From Eledone cirrhosa (taxonomy: Eukaryota): a stretch of 64,000 bases of DNA. Below the pieces are notes generated by a model. The model searched no databases and had not been told where the DNA came from. It was given only the letters and a program-made list of their open reading frames with translations. Numbering within the stretch: position 1 is the first letter of the stretch; each line of letters begins with the position of its first letter. The position numbers were made by a program, and so were the translations under genes. The stretch is taken from positions 314,402,001 to 314,466,000 of the forward strand of contig OZ024743.1 in assembly GCA_964016885.1 (NCBI GenBank). Reading direction: 5' to 3'. Below, in pieces: positions 1 through 10,202 of this stretch.

Positions 1-1469
1 CCCTCTCTTTCGCTAAGACTAACTCGGACCTCACAAACGAGGAAATTAATATTATACTTGAAGCTAGACGCACAATAGTGCACTTTGAAAATAGTTATTG
101 GGTCCGCAGGGATAGACCCTCGGAATTCGACATTACGATGGGTTCTAATGATTCGGCGGAGGTCACTGATTTGGTTGGGATCTATATAGCCCATAGACTC
201 CAGAGCGAATTTACGGACCTCCACGGCGGAATATACCGCGACGATACACTTCTATTAGTCATGAATATGAACAAACAAAACCTAGAAAGGCGACGTAAAA
301 ACATTAGGAAACTTTTCTTAGAACTAGGGCTTAATATTACCTTTGAACAAAATCTTAAGGTGGTCAACTTCTTGGATGTCACCTTCAACCTTAATAACGG
401 TAATATAGAGCCATTTCACAAACTTAATGAAAATGTTAAGTACGTTAATGTAAAATCGAACCATCCTCATTCCATTATTAAATCTATCCCTAAAAATATA
501 TCCATAAGGATCTCCCGACTGTCGTCTAATTTGCAGACCTTCAACGAGCATGCTGAATATTATAATGACGCACTTAGAAAAGCTGGTTACTGCGAGAAAA
601 TTGAATATCTAGACGATAACCACATTAGTACTATGAATAAAACACATCTAAGTCGAACTAGTATTGCACCACACACACACATCAATAGGCACACTAACAG
701 GTGCAAACCAGCAAATAGAGTCAGACGTAGAGAGTACATATGGTATAACCCCGTGTACAATTCTTCTATTAGCACTAAGATTATCTCACAATTCTATACA
801 CTAATCAATAAACACTTTACAACTTCACATAAATACTATAACATTTTTAACTCGCGCACCATTAGACTCTCATACTCCACTGCACCTAACATAGAACAAC
901 TAATTAGAAAACTCAACTCAGCAATACTGAATAAGTACATCCCTAATGACTCAGCGCACCAGCATAGCAACATGCAACGCACTAACACGCAACCACAACC
1001 CCACCAAACTATCCAGGATTCTACTGCAAAACATAAAAATAGTTGTAACTGCACCAAACCAGGTACGTGCCCACTGAATAACCAGTGCCTAGCACGCAAT
1101 ATTGTCTACCGGTGTACAATAAATTCCGGGACCAACTAATGGTATTACGTCGGATGTACCGCAACTTCTTTCAAGGCTCGCCTATACCAACATCGATCTT
1201 CGATCAGGCACGAGAAAATGCGCTCCGTAACAACCCTCGCCGATAAAGCCTGGCAGCTTCGGAGGAACAATCAAGCGTTCTCCCTTGATTGGCAAATTAT
1301 TGCAGCTGCGCCTGCATATCAGCAAAATCATCGATTCTGCAAGTTATGCAATTTAGAGATATACTGCATTTTAACGTCGGTAAACAAACTTTTGAACAGC
1401 AAAATTGAACGTTCTCTATATTGTAACCATCGTTTGAAAACGACTTTTTCTTTTTTTAAATGCATATAA
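1..1469 (+). mobile_element. Penelope-like element (Naiad-type) RT + GIY-YIG coding region, cut by the window edge, with one in-frame TAA at 1137-1139
   Basis: ORF 78..1139 has FDITMGSNDSAEVTDLVG, GIYRDD, VNFLDVTF, SNHP, IWYNP, and CNC..CPL..C..IVYRC. The same frame resumes after the stop with WYYVGCT and ends in CKLC..E..LLNSK.E..YCNHR (1218..1469). Confidence 0.93.
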
Positions 1470-1879
1470 TGTTACCTTTTTACACCAACGTTTGCAAACT
1501 TCTGTCTTATATGTTTATACACTAGATATGGCTTTCTATAATAATAGTACTAAACACTGTTTTTCTGGACCCCTTAAGAAATAACCTGCTACTATAATAG
1601 CCCTAATAACTTGTCTGTGACATTGTACCACTTTGACCCCTCTAACTAAATTTTGTCCGAACAACACCACTAGAAGAATCTACTTCCCAGCCAACCTTAG
1701 CACGCCTCATTAAGCTAACTGCTGCCAAAACATTCTCTCTTCACAATCTCTACTAGTCTGACAGTCTTAAACCCTAAGACTCCCTCCACCTTACTCACTT
1801 CCCTCTTCCCCTTCTCTTCCTACCTCCTTCTTTATCTTTTATCTACTGTACAAAATATTTTCATATCATTCTAATACAA

Positions 1880-1997
1880 AGGTCTGATGACATGGTGTTT
1901 TGGCCTTACAGTGTACTTTCGGTTTTTGATAATATTTGTGTATTATTCAAATAGCGAGGTATAGGTAACTCATACACTATAGAAACAATTGTTACCT
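1880..1997 (+). ncRNA. Type I hammerhead ribozyme in the PLE 3' pseudo-LTR, with a long stem II insertion
   Basis: aggt-CTGATGA(1884-1890)-[atggtgt...acactat closing stem, ~90 nt]-GAAA(1982-1985)-CAATTG palindrome-TT-acct. Stem I is aggt/acct. AATAAA follows at 1998. Confidence 0.75.
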
Positions 1998-2065
1998 AAT
2001 AAATTCTATATACCCGCATTTCCATTTCGTAAATTTTTTCTCTCTCTCTATATATATATATATAA

Positions 2066-2600
2066 GTTATTCCGAGTTCAATCGGGGGTAACCACAGTAA
2101 GTAAGGTACTCAATACATAGCAGAGTATAAATGTTTTAATATAGAAAAGCTTCTACTGGACTAGAACTGTTTCATTCGTGAGAAATCATCAGGAAGCTGA
2201 CTGTCCAAGTAAATGTGGTGGTATTAATATCTTTTCTGGTGCAAGGAAAAAGTGGAGATTGGGATGGGTGGAGGTCATCGGTTGATGGATTTAAAGAAAA
2301 GGGAATTCATTAAAAGCTAATTCTTTAAAGCTATAATTTATATTAACAAAGGCAGAAGAATACTGTAAACAGGTTCAAATTGGAATACCGATCCTTGTTT
2401 ATCTCTTAAACTAACAATGCCTGTACGTCAGGTGTCTACAGGATGGATGGGGTTCATTGGTTTAAAGAAAAGGGACATTCTTTAGAAGCTAATTATTTAA
2501 GGCTGAAATTAGGGTGACAAAGGCAGAAAGATTTCTATAAACGCGTTCAAGTTTTAGGGTGCTTTCCCTTATTGTGAGGTTTATCTTAATTTATATTCAA
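2066..2600 (-). mobile_element. Degenerate PLE 3' end/pseudo-LTR with an internal ~174-bp duplication
   Basis: Carries the HHR at 2148-2198. 2284-2381 and 2459-2553 are diverged direct repeats. 2066-2145 is the reverse complement of 42810-42892. Confidence 0.55.
2148..2198 (-). ncRNA. Type I hammerhead ribozyme
   Basis: Minus strand reads agcttc-CTGATGA-tttctcacgaat-GAAA-C-agttctagtcca-G-TA-gaagct. Stem I is 6 bp and the cleavage triplet is GUA. Confidence 0.75.
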
Positions 2601-2639
2601 GGTGTCAACAAGCACATTCACACACGCGCCCACTTACAT

Positions 2640-2683
<44 letters not shown>

Positions 2684-3058
2684 GTAGATATACACATACA
2701 CACATACATACATATACATATATATATATATATATATATACACAAACATATACATATATGTATATATATATATATATATACACATACATATATACATATA
2801 TACACATATATATACATACACATACATACATACATATACATATGTACACATAAACATATACACATACATATAAACATATACACACAAATACATATATATA
2901 TATATATATATATACATATAAATATATATATATACACACACATACATACACATATACATACATATATACACATACACACACACACATATAGATATATACA
3001 TATACACACACATATATATATATATATACATACATAAATATATATATATATATATATA

Positions 3059-3287
3059 GTATAAAAGAGAAAACACAGGTAAGCATTAAGAGAAGGATTT
3101 TATCCAGATATTTACGACCGTTTCATTGGTCTTACTATTTTGAAAATTTGGACTGTGAACAATAATTATAATTGAGTGGCTGCTATTTGCAGTATAGCAA
3201 TATAATCTTGCACTTACCAATGAAACGGTCGTAAATACCTGGATAAAATCCTTCTCTTAATGCTTACCTGTGTTTTCTCTGTTATAC
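3059..3287. repeat. Fold-back inverted repeat (~72-bp arms); each arm carries the 3' half of a hammerhead
   Basis: 3059-3130 is the reverse complement of 3216-3287 with few mismatches. Both arms read accaat-GAAACGGTCGTA-aata outward. Confidence 0.85.
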
Positions 3288-3416
3288 TTTATACTCCAAG
3301 ATTGAACGGAATTCTTACAAACTTGTGGAGTTACCCCCTAACCTTACGTTGAAACCATCCATGAAACTGGCTTTCTTAATCAAGAACTGGATCACAATAA
3401 GCAATTGTTTGCTTCT

Positions 3417-3523
<107 letters not shown>

Positions 3524-3567
3524 GATACACATACATATATACACACATACATACACATACATACATA

Positions 3568-4622
3568 CACAATTAAATCTTTCATGGCGGTGGGGGTGAC
3601 TGAACTTGCTTGCAGCACGATTAGGTAGTGGGTGTAGCCTATCAAGCGTTGAAAGTGATTTCTATACAGCAAATTCCAAGGAGTGTGTATGAACTAGGTA
3701 GAAAGCAGGCGAAAAAGAAATCTGAGAGTGCGACGTTATGAAATTAAATGGCTAACTACTACATGGGACGACGCCGTCCGTGCAACTTATGCTCGGGGGA
3801 AACAATACAAATGCTGTTTACGAAGGACCAACTCCTAAACAAAAAAGACGAACTTGTAACTGCATGTAAACACCGTAGGACTTACCTCACCATCAAACCC
3901 CCTCATGAACCAGGTGGGTAGACAATGGCTGCAACATCCTTCTTTTACCCACTTGCCGAACAAGTTAGGGGAAACCACAGCATACATAGGTAGATGTACT
4001 TCTTTTCTTTTTTCCCTTTATCTCTTCTTATCACTTCCTTCCACTCGCTCTCCTCTTCCTTTTCATTTTCCTCTTTCGCCTACCCCGAGGCAACAAATCG
4101 GGCTTTTGTAGCTTCATTCCCCCCATCCCAGCAAATTCTATATAGCATCGGCTGAAAACGCAATACCAGCTAAAAATAAAGCAGCTGTTATAGAATCTAG
4201 AGATTTTATATTATTTTTTACTATTTAATTTTATTATTAATATTTTTTTTTCTTTTAATCTCAATTTATTAACCATTTAATTTTATAATGTCCTACTCTC
4301 AGATTCCTTTTTTGCCTGCTTTCTACCTAGTTCACACACATTCGTTGAAATTTGCCGTATAGAATTCACTTTCAACGCTTGACCGGCTCCACCCACTCCG
4401 TCATTGCACTACAGGCAAGTTCAGCCACCCCACACTCCACAAACCGCCATGAAAGATTTAATTGTGCTTATAAGAAATTTTGACCAATCCTTTTGACAAC
4501 TACAATCTTGCCATATAAGGAATTACCCTTTGAAAATTTCGGCTATTTATTACCACTTTAAATATTCTAATTTAGTCCAGAAATAGCCGTCGGAACATTT
4601 GAGCTTTGGCGTCGGTGTTAAA
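3568..4622 (+). mobile_element. 5'-truncated Naiad-type PLE: GIY-YIG C-terminus, 3' UTR and a short 5' inverted segment
   Basis: 3760-3908 translates as YMGRRRPCNLCSGETIQMLFTKDQLLNKKDELVTACKHRRTYLTIKPPS*. 3568-3620 is an inverted copy of ~4405-4466. A decayed HHR lies at ~4523-4620 (cggctattt/aaatagccg stem II). Confidence 0.8.
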
Positions 4623-4624
4623 CA

Positions 4625-4671
<47 letters not shown>

Positions 4672-4676
<5 letters not shown>

Positions 4677-4872
4677 AAATGAGTCAGGACCCCGACGGCA
4701 GAGCTCAAGCCGTTTCGACGGCTATTTCAGTTCAGAAATAGCCGTCGAAATGGCCCGAGCTCTGCCGTCGGGGTCCTGACTCTTTTCCTATTACCCACAC
4801 TACTACCCAAAGTATCGAGTACTCTGGTGCGTTATGGTCCACCTGGTTCCTTACCACACTTCCTTCGTTATA
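4672..4872. repeat. Fold-back pseudo-LTR fragment with two opposed hammerhead 3' halves
   Basis: Near-perfect hairpin at 4672-4791. Arms read gccgtc-GAAA-(c/t)ggc-loop-gccg-TC-ggggtc. The same family occurs at 26203-26292, 43255-43428 and, diverged, at ~63480-63520. Confidence 0.85.
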
Positions 4873-4899
4873 TCTATATATATGTCTGTCTGTATGTGT

Positions 4900-5015
<116 letters not shown>

Positions 5016-5048
5016 GTGTAAGTTGGCTCATCTTATAAGTATAGTTAT

Positions 5049-5509
5049 AATTTACCTCCGATATGGCTGTATACATATAAGTATGTGAATTTCGTATATA
5101 TAAAAATATACGCTATGTTTAATAAATAAACAGTTTGAAACCCTAGCTATGAATATTGAAAAGCTGACGTGTACCATTTTAATTCTTTTAATTTGACTCA
5201 ACTTACACGGCTCCCTATTCAAATGATGCTAATCAGCGCATCAATACAGGCCAAAATACTGTATATTTTCGACTGTTTTAAGTTCCAGCAGAGAGTAGGG
5301 GAAGCACTGATCTGACGGTAGCCACAGCTTTAAATGTGAATAGACAGTTTGTCCTCTTCTGCTTCTACTGGTACCAGCTAGACGACGCTAGCCGTCAGTC
5401 TTTTAATATTCATAGCAAGGCTTTCAAAATGTTATATATTAAACATGCCCTATATATTTAGATATACGAAATTCACATACTTGTATATATCAGCTATGTC
5501 GGAGCTAAA

Positions 5510-5512
<3 letters not shown>
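5049..5512. repeat. Diverged inverted repeat (~120-bp arms, ~220-bp spacer) between microsatellites
   Basis: 5049-5169 aligns to the reverse complement of 5393-5512 (e.g. aagtatgtgaatttcgtata / tatacgaaattcacatactt). Confidence 0.75.
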
Positions 5513-5566
<54 letters not shown>

Positions 5567-6106
5567 AGAGAGAGCATGTGCATGTTCGTGTGTGTATGCA
5601 TATAAATATGCATGTACATATGTATGTATACAAATATATCTATATATGTACATGTATGTATATGAGTAATAATCATACAAATATTTGACAGGTAAAATGG
5701 CGTTCCTGTCCATTCCACATTTTGTATATTGGTGGTTGTTTACCAATTACTTCATTTTAATTGTGAAACGTCGAGTGACAAAGTATTTGCGATCAAAGTG
5801 ACACATTTTCTTAAAGAAAATGATTGTTGACCTACAACCTCTCAGAATGTAAATGCAATAAATGGTTTCTCTATTAGATATATTCACAGGGAAGACCAAT
5901 ATTTCAGAATAATGATGGATGGGATCCATTAGACCGAAACCAGTAGAAGATCAGAGCAACTGACGGACTATGGTTTACTGAAATAATATTTATCAGATTG
6001 GAAATATCTTTCACTGTCAACGTGAGTCTTAAGACAATGAACATGTAGATACCCATACATACGCACACACACACACACGCTCACACACACATACATACAC
6101 CCCCCC

Positions 6107-6156
<50 letters not shown>

Positions 6157-6187
6157 CACTCACATACACACACATACACACACACAG

Positions 6188-6219
<32 letters not shown>

Positions 6220-6954
6220 GGGAGTGGCTACGTGCGTGGCTCTATTTCTCCACCCAATTCTTTTTATCCCAATCACCTATTTTAGTTATTGTCCGCGCTA
6301 GCCTGGGGTATCTGGTCTTTAATACGAACAAATACCTATGATGGCTAGTAGAACACTGATGATAGATAGTCCAGGCTTCTATTTCTAATTCTTCATTTTA
6401 ATTTGTATATCACATATGCAACAACACACCACGCCATTTTTCATTCATATATATATATATGAAAAACAAGGGGAGAAGAATACTGCATGGTTGCACATGG
6501 ATTACATATTATAAAATTAGTCCCTCATCAGTGATTTTCCAACCATCATTGGTATTTCATCTCTGAGCCTTATTTGACTTCTATATTTGTGTTTATAAGC
6601 TTCTCTGAACTATATTCTCAGCGACAAATATATATATATATTTATCAGCTAGACCATGACCCACCAGAGTACTTGATACATGTGGTAGTAGAGGTGGTAA
6701 TATGAAAGGATTGAGGATTCCGAAGGAAAATTATAATAATAAATTACAGTAAAAAACAACTGGTGTGTGTAATTTTAGCGGCAGCATGACAAAAGTATGA
6801 CAATTTTTATATCAACACACAGAAGAACAAATACAAACGCGATGCACATACTTATATATTTTTAAACGATCGACTTTTTTGTCAAATCGGACGAGGGAAC
6901 AATGTTTCCGTTGGTCTTTCCAATTGCTAATACTATCTATCGGTCGCAACTCCA

Positions 6955-7082
6955 GGTAGAAGGAGCAACGTGAAATAAAGTGTCTTGCTCAAGGACATAA
7001 CGCATCGCCTGGTCCAGGAATCGAACTCACAACCTTACGATTGCGAATACAATTCTCTAACCACTTAGCCACACGCCTTCAC
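6955..7082 (-). mobile_element. tRNA-derived SINE
   Basis: Minus strand: gaaggcgtgtggctaagtggttagag (A-box-like) ... gagttcgattcctgg (B-box) followed by gcgttatgtccttgagcaagacactttatttcacgttgctc. Confidence 0.75.
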
Positions 7083-7086
7083 TATA

Positions 7087-7393
<307 letters not shown>

Positions 7394-7399
7394 CTTTTA

Positions 7400-7455
<56 letters not shown>

Positions 7456-7567
7456 TAAAAGGAATACCAACCTTGTCTGATTTACTCGTTTTATTTACAA
7501 TCCTTTAAAATGTATAATGGTATTAGAATGAAATAGTATGGTAGAATATTAAATGTTAAGTTTTAAT

Positions 7568-7606
7568 TGAACGAGTACTTTCATGCTTTCGCAATCCTCA
7601 GGTTCA
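7568..7606 (-). ncRNA. Minimal type I hammerhead ribozyme with intact core
   Basis: tgaac-CTGAGGA-t-tgc-gaaa-gca-t-GAAA-GTAC-TC-gttca. Stem I is 5 bp, stem II is GNRA-capped, stem III is the palindrome AGTACT. Confidence 0.85.
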
Positions 7607-7668
7607 TATTCTGTGGTGACAGTCAAGTTTACAATCAAACTTACAAACTTGACTGTCACCACAGTATA

Positions 7669-7707
7669 TGAACCTGAAGATTGCGAAAGCATGAAAGTAC
7701 TTGTTCA
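7669..7707 (+). ncRNA. Minimal type I hammerhead ribozyme (opposite-arm copy)
   Basis: tgaac-CTGAAGA-ttgcgaaagcat-GAAA-GTAC-TT-gttca. Confidence 0.82.
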
Positions 7708-7853
7708 ATTAATACTTAACATTTAATATTCTACCATACTATTTCATTCTAATACCATTATACATTTTAAAAGGATTGTAAATAAAACGAGTAAATCAGA
7801 CAAGGTTGGAATTCCTTTTATTAATATAATATTATATACACAATCATACACAC

Positions 7854-7910
<57 letters not shown>

Positions 7911-8076
7911 TATATAAGTTTACATATATATATATATATATACATACATACTACATACATATACGTGTTTTGCAACGGGTCACTTTGTGGCTCAATCAAA
8001 ATTTAATAAATTAAATAATCAGAGCTATATATCATAAAACGTGTCTATCCGGTGATTCTATAGACATGTTTTATGA

Positions 8077-8157
<81 letters not shown>

Positions 8158-8225
8158 GACGTAAAATAAGAAAATATTAAAAAAAAAAAAAATGTTTTTT
8201 AAATCTTTTACTTACTTAAATTTTC

Positions 8226-8307
8226 ACTCCAACTAATTAGTTTCTGCAATGGGATAAAGACAGTTACGTAATCCAACTGTCGAGAATTCATTGCGTCATC
8301 AGGGAGT
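8226..8307 (-). ncRNA. Type I hammerhead ribozyme (array unit 1)
   Basis: actcc-CTGATGA-c-gcaatg...gacagtt/aactgtc...cattgc-a-GAAA-CTAATTAG-TT-ggagt. Confidence 0.88.
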
Positions 8308-8785
8308 CTATTCTCAGTTAGGTCTCCAGGCAATGCGCGGACACTGGCGGCTCATATAAAAATAATAATAATTCGGTAGATCGAACAGCTTGCGAGGACT
8401 GGATTCTATGTACCGAAATTCTCACTGCTTCAAGTCAAATGGCCGATTCTAAAGAATCAATCACGTGACACAGAGGCTAGTTAGAAGGAATGGGATGGTA
8501 AGATGACTGACGCCTACTAACACCCCAAAAAACATTTTTTTAGAAGTGGTTTTGGCAAGTTTGCTCGACAAATCAGTGATTTGGAGATAAATATAGATAA
8601 TTTAATATATCAACTAACATAAGCGCACAGATGCACGCCCATGCCAGCAAATACACAGGTTATGTCATAGTACCTAGGTGGTTCAATGCAGGAGAATGCA
8701 GAACAATAATATAAAGGACGTAAAATAAGAAAATGTTTAAAAAAAAAAAAAAAATTTTTTTAATTTTTTACTTACTTAAATTTTC

Positions 8786-8867
8786 ACTCCAACTAATTAG
8801 TTTCTGCAATGGGATAAAGACAGTTACGTAATCCAACTGTCGAGAATTCATTGCGTCATCAGGGAGT
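8786..8867 (-). ncRNA. Type I hammerhead ribozyme (array unit 2)
   Basis: Identical to 8226-8307 and exactly 560 bp away. Confidence 0.88.
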
Positions 8868-9814
8868 CTATTCTCAGTTAAGTCTCCAGGCAATGCGCGG
8901 ACACTGGCGGCTCATATAAAAATAATAATAATTCGGTAGATCGAACAGCTTGCGAGGACTGGATTCTATGTACCGAAATTCTCACTGCTTCAAGTCAAAT
9001 GGCCGATTCTAAAGAATCAATCACGTGATACAGAGGCTAGTTAGAAGGAATGGGATGGTAAGATGACTGACGCCTACTAACACCCCAAAAAACATTTTTT
9101 TAGAAGTGGTTTTGGCAAGTTTGCTCGACAAATCAGTGATTTGGAGATAAATATAGATAATTTAATATATCAACTAACATAAGCGCACAGATGCACGCCC
9201 ATGCCAGCAAATACACAGGTTATGTCATAGTACCTAGGTGGTTCAATGCAGGAGAATGCAGAACAATAATATAAAGGACGTAATGAATTCTCGACAGTTG
9301 GATTACGTAACTGTCTTTATCCCATTGCAGAAAGTAATTAGTTGGAGTGAAAATTTAAGTAAGTAAAACATTTTTTAAAAATAAAAAAAATAAAAAATAT
9401 TTTCTTATTTTACGTCCTTTATATTATTGTTCTGCATTCTCCTGCATTGAACCACCTAGGTACTATGACATAACCTGTGTATTTGCTGGCATGGGCGTGC
9501 ATCTGTGCGCTTATGTTAGTTGATATATTAAATTATCTATATTTATCTCCAAATCACTGATTTGTCGAGCAAACTTGCCAAAACCACTTCTAAAAAAATG
9601 TTTTTTGGAGTGTTAGTAGGCGTCAGTCATCTTACCATCCCATTCCTTCTAACTAGCCTCTGTGTCACGTGATTGATTCTTTAGAATCGGCCATTTGACT
9701 TGTAGCAGTGAGAATTTCGGTACATAGAATCCAGTCCTCGCAAGCTGTTCGATCTACCGAATTATTATTATTTTTATATGAGCCGCCAGTGTCCGCGCAT
9801 TGCCTGGAGAATAG

Positions 9815-9896
9815 ACTCCCTGATGACGCAATGAATTCTCGACAGTTGGATTACGTAACTGTCTTTATCCCATTGCAGAAACTAATTAGTTGGAGT
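9815..9896 (+). ncRNA. Type I hammerhead ribozyme (inverted array unit)
   Basis: Same motif on the plus strand, with CTGATGA at 9820-9826 and GAAA at 9878-9881. A 5'-truncated copy lacking CTGATGA lies at 9283-9348. Confidence 0.88.
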
Positions 9897-10202
9897 GAAA
9901 ATTTAAGTAAGTAAAAAATGTTTAAAAAGTTTTTTTTTTTTAAATATTTTCTTATTTTACGTCCTTTATATTATTGTTCTTCATTCTCCTGCATTGAACC
10001 ACCTAGGTACTATGACATAACCTGTGTATTTGCTGGCATGGGCGTGCATCTGTGCGCTTATGTTAGTTGATATATTAAATTATCTATCTATATATATATA
10101 TATATATATATATATGAATGGCTTCTACAGGACATGTCTCTGTCCTTGGTGTCCTTTTACATCACCGATAACAAGCCTCGTGCACTAGGACTGAACATAG
10201 TC

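Larger units (their letters stand above)
7449..7828. repeat. Near-perfect fold-back inverted repeat (~180-bp arms, 14-bp spacer) with a hammerhead in each arm
   Basis: 7449-7630 matches the reverse complement of 7645-7828 with only a few mismatches. Flanked by (TA)n. Confidence 0.92.
8151..10088. repeat. Young non-coding ~560-bp tandem repeat, two copies followed by ~1.5 inverted copies, one hammerhead per unit (retrozyme-like or multimeric pseudo-LTR)
   Basis: Units 8151-8710 and 8711-9270 are nearly identical. Orientation flips at ~9280 and reverse-complement copies run to 10088. (TA)n on both flanks. Confidence 0.92.

Noticed and set aside
1137-1139. Possible selenocysteine recoding, as reported for some Naiad PLEs
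   Set aside because: The interrupting stop is TAA, not TGA. The conserved Cys positions I checked are TGT/TGC or missense, and no convincing SECIS was seen.
2602-3086. Numerous ORFs rich in YI/HT/VC dipeptides (here and at 7041, 26013, 29741, 35126, 42810, 52634, 54478, 61173 and others)
   Set aside because: They are translations of (TA)n/(CA)n microsatellites, not genes.
8151-10088. CRISPR array or prokaryotic system interpretation of the repeats
   Set aside because: The sequence is eukaryotic, the units are 560-bp copies without unique spacers, and there are no cas-like ORFs.
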